The notes beneath the pieces were generated by a model. The model had not been told where the DNA came from. It made no database searches and saw only the letters and a program-made list of their open reading frames with translations. A program made the translations under genes and the position numbers. From Eledone cirrhosa (lineage: Eukaryota): a stretch of 64,000 nt of DNA. The stretch is from assembly GCA_964016885.1 (NCBI GenBank), contig OZ024740.1:369148001-369212000 (forward strand). Direction: 5' to 3'. Shown in pieces: positions 29,771 through 43,200 of the stretch; within the stretch, counting starts at the first letter, position 1; each line of letters starts with the position of its first letter.

Positions 29771-31108
29771 CTATCAGTGGTACCCGGCCTTTCACGGGAT
29801 AATGTATTTAAGAACACGGGCCGGCAACAGACCTAAACGTGGAAAAACTGCATGCTTGGACAATAGGTAAAGGAAATAAACCGAATACTCTGATGGCGGG
29901 ATAATCTTTAAGATTTTCATCGATGAAGCAGGAAAAATGCAGGTTTTCACCTAATGCGGGCCCTAGGGCATCAAGAACATGAAGTTATTTTATGTGCATA
30001 ATATGCCTTGAAATTTCGGGAAAATCGGCTAGACGTAATGCCTAAAAAAAAGCCCGAAAAATCTGAAAAAAATGAAGTTTTTCACTTAATATCGGGCCCT
30101 AAGCTATAAAAAAGTTGGATTTTCTTTGCTCACGGTATGAAGAAGAGACAGTCTAAAACGTACTTACAATTTCAAGGAAATTGGTCTGACGAAACGCCTC
30201 AAAATACCCCTAAAATGCTGAAAAAAACACAGTTTATCACCTAGTGCGTGCCCTAGGGGATCAAAAAGTAGAATTGTTTATATGTATAACACTCCCTGAG
30301 TAAGTTTTGTTCTCGTAAAGGCACGAAAGTAAGCAACACTGTGAAAACTGAAGCTATTATAGCGATGTTTTTCTTTACCGGTTTTAATTTTTAGTGTTGT
30401 GTGAAATATAGAACCTGCAAACTTGATTTTTTAATAGCAGCAGGATCGACTTTATTTCACTCGCTCCACTAAATGTTATATTTTCTTTGCTCACGGTATG
30501 AAGAAGAGACTGACTAATATATAGTTACCGGCTTTCATTTTTAGTGTTGTCTGAAATATATAACCGCCTTAGCTAAGCTTAGTATTGCCACAACAACGGC
30601 TGTCAAAGAAGTAACGGTCTGGTGGTACGTAAGTAAGCAACACTGTGGGTTACCACGCGAGGAAGAAGTTGTGTGCACTTACCAACTGTTTGGGGAATGA
30701 GTGTGGGATTTGTCTTGAGCAAAGGTGGCGGAATAATCGGAGACAGCAGACAGCGAGACATACAGACAGATATTATAAGGGCGCGTTCTGGACGCAGACG
30801 GAATTGTGGGAAGTGACGTAATGCAGACCGCCAGACATACAAACATATATTATGAGGGCACGACCTTATATGTATGTATCTATCTAAAAAGAGAAAGACT
30901 AAGAATTATAGAGATAGATCGCTCAATCGCCTAATTCGGGCCCTAGGGCATTGAAAATTTGAGGTTTCTTTTGCTCAGAACCCTCCCTGAAACATATGTA
31001 TTACATGTGTAAAGTTTTAAAACAGTCGATTGGGTGCTTCTCGAGTGTGAGGGATTCAAACTGACACGCACACGCACAGACAGACATCCCCGGTTTTATA
31101 TATATAGA
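29771..31108 (-). mobile_element. Non-autonomous Helitron
   Basis: The minus strand starts A|TCTATATATATAAAA...(CTGT)2 and ends with the hairpin CCCGtgaaaggcCGGG about 12 nt before ATAG|T (variant of CTAG). The target is AT with no TSD. Internal subrepeats contain (g)ggccctagggc. Confidence 0.75.
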
Positions 31109-31139
31109 TGTTCTTTCATGTTCAATCATGTATGCCGGG

Positions 31140-31500
31140 TATCCTGGATATCTGGAATGGCAATTGAGAAACAGCAATCGGGAGTGATAAACTCAATTTT
31201 CTAAAAGAGAGACAAGTGAGATTGCTCCAATTAAAAACATCGCCTTGTTAAGCCGCCCCAGTAGAGTCTATGCTAAATGTCAGGTGAAGAGGTGTAGGAA
31301 TGCTGTCGATTACAAACTAGCTGACGAACAGTGTTATTTTAACTCCGGGTGCAGCATAAACAAAACAAATATTCCCACAATGGAAGGTCTCTGAGAAACC
31401 GTGCGAATATTGCCAAGAAGTCTATGCTTGATGCATAGGTTTGGAAAACCGTAGCAACGTGTTCCTTGGGACATGTTGTGGGACGTTCAGCAGAAGTATG
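31140..31500 (+). mobile_element. Decayed RTE-clade RT fragment
   Basis: Frameshifted remnants of KRDKxDCSN..IALLS.P..VYAKC, LADEQC.F.SG and YA...LE....VP. Confidence 0.6.
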
Positions 31501-31659
31501 TTGTTTTGTCATTTTTACTTGAACCTCTACACTATTATATTTCCTATTCCCATTGTACCGTCTTACCCAATATATATTCTTGTATATATATATATAGAGA
31601 GAGAGAGATAAAGATAGTTAAATATGCATGGGTGTGTATAATTGTGTATAGAAAATTAT

Positions 31660-32018
31660 ATTAATAAAAGGAATTCCAACTTTGTCTGATTTACTCGTTT
31701 TATTTACAATCCTTTAAAATATATAATGGTATTAGAATAAAATAGTATGGTAGAATATTAAATGTTAAGTGTTAATCGCACAAGTACTTTCATGGTTTCG
31801 CAATCTTCAGTCAAGTTTGCAATTTTCAACTGTTGAACGTTGCACACTTGACTGTCACCACACATTATGAACCTGAAGATTGCGAAAGCATGAAAGAACT
31901 TGTTCAATTAACACTTAACATTTAATATTCTACCATACTATTTCATTCTAATACCATTATACATGTTAAAGGATTGTAAATAAAACGAGTAAATCAGACA
32001 AAGTTGGAATTCTTTTTA

Positions 32019-32024
<6 letters not shown>
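31660..32024. repeat. Nested inverted repeat (about 150-bp arms) with hammerheads
   Basis: 31660-31810 pairs with 31873-32024. There is an inner palindrome cagtcaagt...acttgactg at 31808-31854. Confidence 0.85.
31868..31906 (+). ncRNA. Minimal hammerhead (partial inverted copy at about 31777-31810)
   Basis: tgaac CTGAAGA t tgc GAAA gca t GAAA gaac TT gttca. The inverted copy has the palindromic GTAC in stem III. Confidence 0.75.
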
Positions 32025-32089
<65 letters not shown>

Positions 32090-32193
32090 TTATATATATA
32101 TATATATATATATATATGGTGGGGTGAGTGCGTGCATTAGTGTGTAAGTTGTGCGTTTGTGCGCGCGTGTGTGCATGCTTCTATCTATGTATA

Positions 32194-32301
<108 letters not shown>

Positions 32302-32387
32302 CATATATATACATATATATAGATATATATATACATATATACATATATATACATATATATATATGTATATATATATATACATATATA

Positions 32388-32950
32388 CAACCTGTCCCAT
32401 GGTCGGGTCGTTGCCGACTAAACTGGCAACCCCACCAAGGTTTCTTGGTGAGGAGGGTGACTTTGGACATCCTGCAGGACTAAAAACAAAACCTGTCAAA
32501 GGGAAAAGGAGCTCTTAAGAGTCAATGGCTATCCAAAATCACCGGGAGAGATGACCCCTTAGCCTTTGTCAAGGCAGAATTCTAGGAGAAGGAAAACTCT
32601 GAAATAACACCTGCAACCCTGATGGTATCCAATGATGTTGACTTGTTCTTCTTTTTGGTAAATATCATCTTGGTTAAGAGAGTGGGACTGGCTTTGTGCA
32701 GTGCCTTTGCTCACTATAAAAGCTTCACGGCACAGGCATTGCTTTATATCTGGAGACCTCTCTGCACTTGTCGTCAAATGGTGCCATGGGCCCAGCACTA
32801 TGTGTCAATAATTGTCACAGGTGTAGTGTTTGTACCAGAGTTTTCAAGTCGCTGGCTGGACTAAAAAGTCACACTTGTTTAGCGCACCGGTAGGGGTTCT
32901 CCTACATGGATATTAAGTAGTGGCCGTACTCGAAAACGAGTTGACAGCCA
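32388..32950 (+). mobile_element. Unclassified interspersed repeat (parts also at 24040-24192 and 52645-52940)
   Basis: Shared acaacctgtc...cgactaaactggcaac...ccaaaa and tcttggttaagagagtggg...cgaaaacgagtt. Copies are bounded by TA-rich microsatellite. Confidence 0.7.
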
Positions 32951-33110
32951 CCATATATATATATATATATATATATGCCTGGTGTGTGTGTGTGTGTGTG
33001 TGTGTGTGACTCTCTGTTGTGTATGTAAATGGTAAACAGAAATAACAACACAATCGGTACAGTATATGTAAGGGATATATTAGGTTAACCCTTGATATAG
33101 CAGGAAGAGG

Positions 33111-33148
33111 TTCATACCGTTTCGGACGCTAATCCTGCATCAGATGAA
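33111..33148 (-). ncRNA. Degenerate minimal hammerhead
   Basis: The reverse complement reads ttcat CTGATGc a gga ttagcg tcc GAAA CGG TA tgaa. Confidence 0.5.
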
Positions 33149-33699
33149 TGTATGAGAAATAAAATAGATTGAGCGGATGGGCGAGTTGCAAATAAAATAT
33201 TGGTTGATTATCCATTTTTGCACGCACTCGTTTCATTATTGAGTTAACCTATTGTCTACAGGGCTGTTAGATATATTGAAATGTCCGATTATTCGACCAT
33301 TGCATGTAATATATAATTAATAAATATTTTTTCTACTCAAGCCTTACATGTTTTTCCTAAAACTATACTTATTCCTACGCCGTGAATTATTGGAACCTGA
33401 AAAGAAAATCATGGCTTCACACCTGGAATATTATCTTGCAGGATTAAATTATACATGTTGAGGGATATATCTGGTAAGTTACCACTTCCCTATTGGTTAC
33501 ATAATTTTTCTATAAGTCTGATCCTACGAACAGAAAATGAAAACTAACTGAAGGATCAAGTGGCCTAGTTAAAACAACTGTAATTATTTCCATGACTTTT
33601 AGTTGAAGAGATGCAATGCGGTTCATAAAAGATTGGCAACTGAATTGAAGTTCACAGAAGTGCAGTCCCCTTTTGTGTAGTAACGCGAAGAACAACTCT

Positions 33700-35370
33700 T
33701 ATATTAAAATATAGAAATAAGGAGAATGCTGTGGGTAACTAACCTCCTATAGCATGTCTGAACATAATCTGAGAGGCATTTACTGGAATGTAATAATTCG
33801 AAGAAATAGAAATTAAAAGAGGCATCGTCCAAGTGTCTCATTTTGCCCATTATTATATGTAAATTGGCAGTATTGGTAGAGAGTCAGACATGCTTTCCAG
33901 CGTAGTTACGTCCCTTTTACGATCTGAGTTCAAATCCCGCCGAGGTTAACTTTGCCTTTCATCCTTACGGGGTCGATAAAATAAAGTACCAGTAATACAC
34001 TGGATAATTGGTGGCATTGTGCCAAAAGTAGAAACAATTATATGTAATTACTCTATACATCTAACACTGGCACTTAGGTAAGTGAAAATGTTTTACCAAT
34101 GTGGGCGAAAAAAGACCATTCTTAAACTACCTTCGGTTTATGGATGATCTGAAACTGTTGGGGAAATCCGAAATCCAGATAGATGCTTTGGTTATAAGAG
34201 ATGACATATGAAGCAGTGATTTCGATATGGAATTTGGGATCTTCAAATGTTCTATGCCGAATATGAAAAGAGTAGAAAAAAGCAACCTACAGTGGATTAA
34301 ATCTGAAACCATAGGGGAACCAGAAGATAGTTGAAGCAGGTATTTGAGGATTTTAAATAGGAAATGACATTTTACATGCAGATATGAAAGTCGATTAAAG
34401 AAACGTGTTTAAAAAGAGTAAAAATGATTTTATAACCAAACCTGAATGCAAGAAATCTAATCAGCGTAATAAATACCTATGCAGTAGCAGTGGTTATGTA
34501 TAGTGGATCCTTTCTCGTGTGGACTGAAGAAGATATAGCAAAGTTGAATAGAAAGACGAGAAACTAATGATATTTTACGGAACTTTGCACACTAAAGCAA
34601 CAGACTAGACATGAAGAGAAAAAATTGTGACAGAGGCCTCATCAGTGTAGGTCATTGTATAAGCATTGAAAAGAGAACGCAGAATATTTATTAAACAGTG
34701 ATGAAGAGTTGTTGCAATGTTCAGCAGAAGATATGGGTATAAATGCAAATGAAATGGCTAGAAAGGAACTGTTTAAGAAAAGATATACAGAGAAGAGAAA
34801 ATAATATCTCGCAATGAGAATGCACTGGCAGTTTGAAAGAAATGCACAGGATATCAAGGATATAACAACAGATTTGAATCGCAACACTGAAAACCATATA
34901 ATTGCTGCAGAACGTCAATTTCTTGGTAGCAATTCTGTGAAATGCAGACTCTGGAAAAATGTGGAAAATGCAATCTACTTGGTAAGTGGGTGTAAGTGCC
35001 TTGCTCAAAAAGAATATAACTGAAGGCATGATGAAGACTCTTTTTTTCCTTCGTTGATGTTTTGTCGTAAATAACATGAGGATGAAAATAAGTGATATTC
35101 TAGGAACTTTTTATATTGATTAAGAAAGACAAGTACTGTCAGGTCATATACATATTCCTACGAAAAGACATGTATATTGTGAGTAAAGAGGTTAAAAACA
35201 TCCCCAAATACTCTAAATGAAAATTGGAGATGGGAAGAGTGCATAGAATGCGAGAGGATAATGTGATCGGGGCAATAGGCTCAATCAAGTCTTCTTAAAT
35301 CGGTTGGGAATACCATTCAGGATTGGTATCATGCAAAAATCAGCCTTGCTAGGTACTGTGAAGTATTATC
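33700..35370 (+). mobile_element. Heavily decayed R4/Dong-type element with a SINE inserted
   Basis: Remnants IKRGIVQ, FMDDLKLLGK, NLISVINTYAV, GLISV, IIAA...CRL...SGCKCLAQKEY and MQKSALLGT are collinear with the 36-39 kb element. Confidence 0.75.
33864..34040 (+). mobile_element. tRNA-derived SINE
   Basis: A box TGGCAGTATTGG, B box GAGTTCAAATCC, core gcctttcatccttacggggtcgataaaataaagtaccag and tail agaaacaattat. Confidence 0.85.
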
Positions 35371-35399
35371 TGTCTGAGCTACTCCTGTCGATTTTCCAT

Positions 35400-35817
35400 C
35401 TAAGCTACGTGACAAAATAGTGATAATAACGATAGTTTTTTAGATTTCACTTGAAGAGGGAAATCAGGATGGAGAAGAAAGTGCTGCCTTCCAAGCAGTT
35501 TGTTGAAAGGTAAATGAGAGTGGCGAGCTTGGTCCGTGTGAATGGGCCTGCTTGACCATACACCTGTAGAAGGGAGTAGACAGACTGGGAGAGGGCACTT
35601 TGCCATAGCGGACAGGATCATCGTGGCTTTTGTGGGATTTCTACACGAGTGACACTTAGAGTCTCCTGAACTTTGGGGAAGTTATGTTTGTTTTAAATCT
35701 TTATTTTCTCAGTATTTTATATGAAAGTTATTTTACACATAGAAAATCCCACACTGTATCGTCTTTAATGTTTCCTTTTTGTGAGCCCTATGTGACTAAT
35801 AATGAAACCATTATTGC
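35400..35817 (+). mobile_element. 3' fragment of a related Tx1 LINE
   Basis: Aligns by eye with 45130-45500 (FHLKRxIRxExxVL..., gagagggcactttgcc). Confidence 0.75.
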
Positions 35818-35819
35818 TG

Positions 35820-35845
35820 TTCTTCTTCTTCTTCTTCTTCTTCTT

Positions 35846-35944
<99 letters not shown>

Positions 35945-35955
35945 GTTGTTGTTAT
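35820..35955. repeat. (CTT)n(ATT)n(GTT)n compound microsatellite
   Basis: Read directly from the sequence. Confidence 0.95.
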
Positions 35956-35959
35956 TCCT

Positions 35960-38900
35960 TGAATCTCAGTCATTGATGTTGGTTAACTGGAAAGTCCGTT
36001 GGAATGAATATCAAGCCACTACCTGCAGCCTCAGATATTCAGGACGTATCGGAGGGTTCTTGCTGTTCCAAGCAAGCATGCCTTTTGAAGCGTTCCAAAA
36101 AGCGTGAAGGGGCCGATTTTCTTTAACCATCCCTGGAAACTTTTGGAGATAGTCCCCAGTGCGCCTATGACAATCGGGATCACGTTGACATCATGGCAGT
36201 TCCAAATCCTTTTCACCTCCCACTTTAGGTCCTGGTATCGGTTAATTTTCTCCCTCTCCTTCTCTTGCACTCTCGTGTCGAACGGGCAGGCCACATCCAC
36301 AATCAGACACTATCTTTTTTCTTTGTCCACAACCACCAGGTCAGGTCTATTGTGTTCCAGTTTTTTGTCCGTCTGTATCCTAAAATCCCACAGCACCTTC
36401 ACCTGATTGTTCTCCATCACCGCCTCCGGCCTATGCTCATACCATTTCTCAGAATCTGGTAAATTGTTTACTTTGCACAGGTGCCAGTGGATCACCCTGC
36501 CCATCACATCGTGTCTCCAGCCCTTATAGTGGGTCTGGGCTAGGTGTTTACACTCGGACACAATGTGAGCCACAGTCTCCTCTCTCTCTCCACAGATCCT
36601 GCACAGTGGGCTAGCCTCCTCCTTGTAAATATGGTGCTTCAACCACTTCGTTTTGAGGGCCTGCTCCTGCGCAGCCATTATCATTCCTTCTGTAGCCTTT
36701 TTGAGGTCTCCTCTTCTCAACCAGTTCCATGTCTGTGGATCTCTAAATTCAGTTTTCTTAAAGAAGGTAATATGAAGGGATTTTCCCTTAAGGCTGCTCT
36801 TCCTCCTTGATGTTATTTCCTCCTTGGACATCCCCTGGCCTACTGTCCCCTCCTTCAGTACAGTTTTGAGCATTGGCTCCTTACTATAGGTCACGTATTT
36901 GTATAGGTTGTTTTTCTCCATCTGAACACAGTCCTCTATGCTGATAAGACCTCTTCCACCCTCAGATCTCCTTAGGTAGAGTCTATCGACATCACTCCTC
37001 TTGTGGAACATGTTGTAGATAGTCAATAGCTTCCTAGTCTTCCTATCCATTTCTTTTTGTTCAGCAACATTCCATCTCAGAATTCCCGCACTGTACCTAA
37101 TAATAGACACAGCTCGGGAATTTACTGCGCTTATGGCATTTCTGCTGTTCAGATGTGACTTCAATACGCTCCTTACTCTCCGAATGTATTCAGTTCTTAA
37201 CAATTCCTTCATTTTTTTTGTTCTTTATGCCATCAGCCTCCAGAACGCCCAAATACTTGTATCCTTCCTCAGAGTCAATTTCCTTTATCATCTCACCTGT
37301 TGGTATCTGGATCCCGCTACTTCTGCTCAACCTACCCCTCCTCATCACAATGACTCCACATTTACCAATACCAAACTGCATACATATATCACTGCTGAAA
37401 ATACGGACAGTGTCAACAAGCACATCCAACTCCTTCTCACTTTTCCCGAAGAGCTTAAGATCGTCCATGAAGAGGAGGTGATTGATGGTAAGCTCTCCCC
37501 TTCCCAACGTGTATCCTGCTCTCACTTTTCGCAGCATAATGGTCAAGGGCATTAGGGCAAGGACAAACAACAGAGGGGACAGGCTATCTCCCTGGAAGAT
37601 ACCTCTCTTGATCTTCACGCTTCCCAAGGATACTCCAGTTGATGTCAACTCTGTCTCCCAGGACCCCATACTCCTGCCCAGCAACTGTCTGATGTTATCT
37701 GCCACCCTGAAGATCTCCAGGTTTTTGGTGATCCAAGAATGAGGCACCATGTCAAATGCCTTTCTGTAGTCTATCCATCCCATGGCAAGATCAGTGTGTC
37801 TCCTCCTGTAATTCCCCATTACCATCTTATCAATAAGTAACTGGTCCTTTGTACCACGTGACTTCTTTCGGCATCCTTTCTGTTCGTCCGGTAACAAGTT
37901 GTTTGTGTGGAGGTGATGGCAGATTTCCTCAGACACAATGCTCGTCAACAGTTTCCACATTACGGACAGACATGTGATAGGTCTATAGTTGGTAACATCA
38001 TTACCCTTGATTCGGTCTTTCATTATTAGAACTGTGGTACCTTTTGTCAACCACTCTGGCACCTCACCCGACACCAAGCAGTCATTGAACATGGCCGTCA
38101 GCTTCGGGTGGAGGGATGTTAAATGTTTAATCCAATACCCCTGCACACCATCTGGGCCTGGTGATTTCCAGTTGGTTAGTTTTTTGGCCTGCCCCTTAAG
38201 AGTTTCAACTGTGATACTCAAATCAGTTTGTTGTTGTGCCTGCTCACCGATCTCCCTCTGTACTGTCTCAATCCACCCTGCCTGGGCATTATGTCTAACA
38301 TCCTGCTCCCATATTCCTCTCCAGAATGTTTTAGTTTGTTCCGCCCCAGGGATCAAGTCGTTGCCTCTTTCTTTCCCCTCAAGCTGTCCAAACAGCATCT
38401 TCTGGTTGTTGTCGAACATGCGGTTCTGTTTATACTGACTGACTCTGTTCTCGTATCGCCTGATTTTTGCACTCTTTGCTACAATGCGTTGCTTCAATTC
38501 CTCTATGATAATATTTAGCTTTTTACTCCTAGTTTTGTATTTTATTTCCAGTCTATTTTTAGTGCCTATGTTTTTTAGTGTCCCATTCACTAGTGACTCA
38601 AGCTTTCCTATGTCATTTCTCATTTCCCCGATTTGCCCACTAAGTCGCTTCATCCACCACGGCTCTGCTCTTTCTTGTCTGTTGTTTCCTCTCGCTTTTA
38701 TACCAAGTAGTTTCCTCACCGTATTTGCTGTTGCTTTGAGGATATTGTTGCACTGGTGAAGGCTCCTCGCCTCAAGGTATGGGATGACTTTGTTTACCTT
38801 AGCTGTTGTTTCTTTTAACTTTTTCTTGTCTACAAATCTTAGGTTCATAGGTCTCCCACTATCATTGTTCAATTCATCTACCACTAAATTTAGGATGTCA

Positions 38901-40170
38901 ACCGAATCTTGTCCTAGCCCGTCAGCATTCATCTCCTCAGTGGCCGTATCTCTGTTCCAGGTATTATTTATCTCAGTATTCAGATCATTGTCTGCTTCGG
39001 GTGGTTCCTCCGTTCTCAGGACCTCTTCACCTTCATTTCCCACTGGCTCGCTTGTCTGGCATACTACACCCGCCATCTCCAAGCCATTCTCTCTGCTCAG
39101 TTCCTCCAGTTCCAGCTCGCTTATCCACCCATTAGTTCTTATTACCCGAGCCTGCCCGGCCAATTTTTGTTCATATAATTTAAATAAACCAATCTCGTTC
39201 CAGATGTTATTCATCCGTCTCCTGTAGCCCCTCTCCTTGGGGTTACTTTTCAGGTAGCATTGCATAACAGTTCTATTCAATTCTTTCGTCCAGTTGGTTC
39301 TGGCCCCTTTCCTTCTTCTTCCTCCAACATCAGCAGTATTTGGTTGACAGTCAGGTTCCTGCTGCTGAGCCAGGGGGCACCTGTTGGGTGAGAGTCTGTC
39401 ACATGACGTTCTAGTCACCATTTCACCGTTATTCGAACTGTTTATGTTCGATATTTAAACACTCTTATCGAGGATTGGCGAATGTATGGTTACATAGCCA
39501 TCTGTGGGTCCGCCATCCCACTTGGCCCTTGTGTGGCATTATCACCACGCTGTATACGAACACACATAAACAAACAAACACACAGGCAGAAAGGGCCCCA
39601 AAAATGAATAAGCATAAGTTTCATTGTAATGTAGTGTTCGAATGTCTGACTTAGTTTTTGTTTTTTAAGTTTTAGTTTTTCCCCCCTCTTCTCTGTCCGT
39701 CCGCCTGCTTCTCTCTTCATTCTTATTTTCTTTACGTTTTGGGGATTTCTTTTTTTGTTTTTGTTTTTCTCTGTTTGTTTTTCTCGTTTTTGCTGTTGTT
39801 GCTGTGCTGCTTTGGTTGTGTTGTTTGTTTTTTTCTTTTTTCTTTTGAGTCTATCTATATATTTTGATGCCTTCCTCTTTGTTTGTAGTAGGAATTCTAT
39901 AATGTGGAAGTAGAAGCCAGCAGGGAGAAGTGGGAAACTGGCGGCGGTAGCGATATTGAGACAGTGGTGGTGGTGATGTCGATACCGAGGCAGTGGTGGC
40001 GGTGATGTGACCGTATTACTGTAGTGATGGTGCTGTAGCGGTGGCAGCAGTGAAGGAGTGAAGGGGTGGTGGCGGCGGTGATGGGATAATGGTGGTAATG
40101 ATGGCCGTAGTGAGCGGTGGTGGTGAAGGTGAAAATGCCGTTATCTGGCTGTTGTGTTTAGTGTACACAG
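35960..40170 (-). mobile_element. Near full-length R4/Dong-clade non-LTR retrotransposon (RT, CCHC knuckle, restriction-like endonuclease)
   Basis: ORFs 37190-39421 (GIFQGDSLSP, LFMDD), 36310-37212 (CRICGEREETVAHIVSEC, RHD, RPDLVV) and 36031-36300 (DVACP...EKINRY). There is one frameshift in an A-run and one in-frame TAG at about 36310. It is bounded by (TAA)n arrays on both sides. The 5' UTR extent (39422-40170) is inferred. Confidence 0.9.
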
Positions 40171-40172
40171 AT

Positions 40173-40173
40173 G

Positions 40174-40265
<92 letters not shown>
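40173..40265. repeat. (ATT)n microsatellite between the Dong and Tx1 5' ends
   Basis: Read directly from the sequence. Confidence 0.95.
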
Positions 40266-40266
<1 letters not shown>

Positions 40267-43200
40267 GGCGACCTATGTAGTAAATCGTATCATCGTGAGC
40301 TCCGCAAATGTTTGTTGTTTCCGTTTGTTAAAAATTGCCAGTTATGGAAAATGTTTATTGTTAACTATATATAAGCGAACATACATTGTTTTCCGAAAAG
40401 GACACCCAAAAAGATTGGGGCCTTGTGCCCAAAATTTAAACTTTTATGATTATCAAAAATTGTTTGAAAAAATCATGGCTGAAACACCTCTGCACCAAGC
40501 AGCTGAGAGCCTTCCTCACAAACTAGCACCTCACACCGACACCACCATTGTAAATATTACTACGTTTGCCAACACTAACAATTTAAGCAGTAGCAATATT
40601 TTAAATTTGTATCAGGCAGACATTCATTTCCTGCATTACCAATGAATGCAGGTGTTAAGCCGCCACCACCACCACCACTACCGCGACAACCACCACCCTC
40701 ACCACCACCGCGACAACAGAAACAAAAGAAAAAAATAAATTAACTCGGGATGTCGAAATGAATTCAACCAAAATGAACTCTTCCACACCGAACACCACTG
40801 ACGCCACCACCACCACAACTGAAACTAAAATTAATAATAACAACAGCAACAATGACATTAAGAAAACCGCCATGAGTTTTGCCAGAGTAGCAAAACAGTG
40901 CGAAGCATTTCAGGTAACTCAGGAGGAATTAGAAGATGCCAAAAAAATGGTAAAGAAAGATGGGTACAGGGTCAGCCTCAACCCCCCCCCCCCCACCTAA
41001 TAAAATGGGGCATCGGCTCCTATGCACCGTGTCTTATCGAACAATTAATGTAAAATTGCGCCGAGTGGAACGGGCATCCGAGTCCCAAATCCAAAAAAGC
41101 TTTGGGACATGTGTGGGCAAGAAAAACCCACATCCGACGTGGGCAGAAGTATGGAACCGTCGACGTGTTCTTTGAAACACCAGAGGAGGCTAGAGAAAAC
41201 TTCATGGCCCCATTAAGAAGTGACGACTTCACACTCGTCCCAAGCTATTGTGGCCAGAGACTCGTAAAGATCAGGGTGACCCACGTTCCACCGGCCATCG
41301 AAATTCCATGGCTAATAGCTGCCGTCCTCGCCGGCATCGAAGCCAACACCAAAATAATAACAATAGCGAAAGAAAAGCAGGAGAACTGGTCCGGATCTGG
41401 GATGGAGCTCCTGATCCAAGCGGACCAAAAAAGCATTGAGGAGATCCTAGATGTAATAGACCTCACTGACGGCAGCCACCTCACCGTAATTGTCGAGGGC
41501 AGAAGGCCTAGGTGTGTCGTTTGTGGTGAAGGAACCCACCTAAGGGCTTTCTGCCCTCAGGCTAAAAAGGAAGAGGCCACCTCTCCTACCCACCCCAGTG
41601 ACTCAACCATCAACACCACCAGCAGCAGAGATGGCAGCAACAACAGAAGCAACTGTAACAGCAACAACCCCAGCAACAGTAACAAAGCCAACACCACCAC
41701 GACCCAACGCGCCAGAACTAGCACCAGCGCCTACACCATCCACCACGCCACAACCAAAACTAACGCCTGTGGAGGATTTTCCATTCCCGGCCTATCACAA
41801 CTGGAGACAGATTGTGACAACGAGGAGTGGGAAACGGTTTCAGGAAAAAAGAAAAAAAAAAAAAAGAAAAACTCTCTTCCTTCCTCCTCCAAAAACAAAA
41901 TACAGACGGAAACAAATAAACTATTAAACAAAAAAGTTAGGACAGACATGCCTCCATCCATACCAGCATCACCAACCCCATCACCATCATTAACCCCACA
42001 CCACCATCACCTAAACCACAAAAGTCACCAAAATGCGAAACAGAAACAAACCCACAACGAACGCAAACAAAACAAAACAACCAAAACCATACACACTACA
42101 CAGCATTAAATTTGAACAACAACCAATTATTACACTACATCCAACACAACACGAGCATCACAGAAAAAGACTACACAACAACCCAAAAGTTCACACCACC
42201 TCCACACATACAAATCACTTGCATCACACAGAAAACGTACATGACACTAAAACAAAAATTCCCCAAAGACATCGGAGACTTCCGACAAGAAATCTCCAGG
42301 AGGATTTATAAGGACATCCTTCCTGAGGAGGCCACAAGCAGTGAAAAGCATGGAGAAACCGTCCTTCCTCTACGACAAAATAAGGTAAGTGGTCTTTCCC
42401 ATCTTTTTCACTCCATTTCAACATGACCTCACTCAGAATAGGCAGCATAAATGCGCGTGGCTTGGGGTCGTCATGGAAGCAGGGCCACCTGCTCAACGAC
42501 CTCAGGTCGCTAAACATAGATGTAGTGGACATCAGCGAGACCAGAATCTCCGAAGCACGGGCCTTCATACCGATCTTCGGCAGCTACGATGTGTACGCAT
42601 CTCCCAGCCGTCCGGGATCGGGGGTGGAGCTGCTGTGCTTTTTCGGAGAGGTTTGGATCTTGCCATACGGGCCATCTTCCTGGACCCAGAAGGTAAGTTG
42701 GTAGTGCTTGACGTAACCAGCGGAGACGGGCAAGCTTTCAGGTTAGTGGCCGTCTATGCCGCGACAGGAGCAGGGCGGCCTGATTTCTTCCGGTGTCTGG
42801 AGACCTTTCTTTGAACGTCCGGCTCTTTAGTGTTAGTGGGTGACTGGAACGGGATCTTAGATGCACGCTGGGACTGTGTGGGATTAGTGGATAGTAGAGG
42901 AGGGTGAAAGAGTCTCACCAACCTGCACAGGCGTTTTGAACTGTCTGACAGGCAACAAGCCACGATACGGTCTTTGGTGGACCACGACGGGCGCATGCTA
43001 CTCGATCCCGGGCAAATGTGTGAAGCTTTTCAGCGACACGTTGCACAGCTGTTCGGGGGCAGATGTTCGGGGGCAGCGGCGGGCCGGATCGAGGGATGCA
43101 CTTTAGTGTCTACCTCGACGGACTGCCGCAGCTCTCGGCCACTGAGGCGGAGTGTTGCGAAAAGCCGATAACAGCCGCTGAAGTACGGGAGGCAATGACT

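Noticed and set aside
33442-33473. Possible 32-nt plus-strand micro-exon (ttgcag...gtaagt)
   Set aside because: Only splice-like motifs are present; no recognisable protein or partner exons.
39422-40170. HDV-like ribozyme in the Dong 5' UTR
   Set aside because: I could not assemble the nested double pseudoknot by eye; it needs a descriptor search.
42315-42355. CTGAGGA...GAAA in the Tx1 inter-ORF region
   Set aside because: The stems and cleavage triplet do not fit; probably chance.
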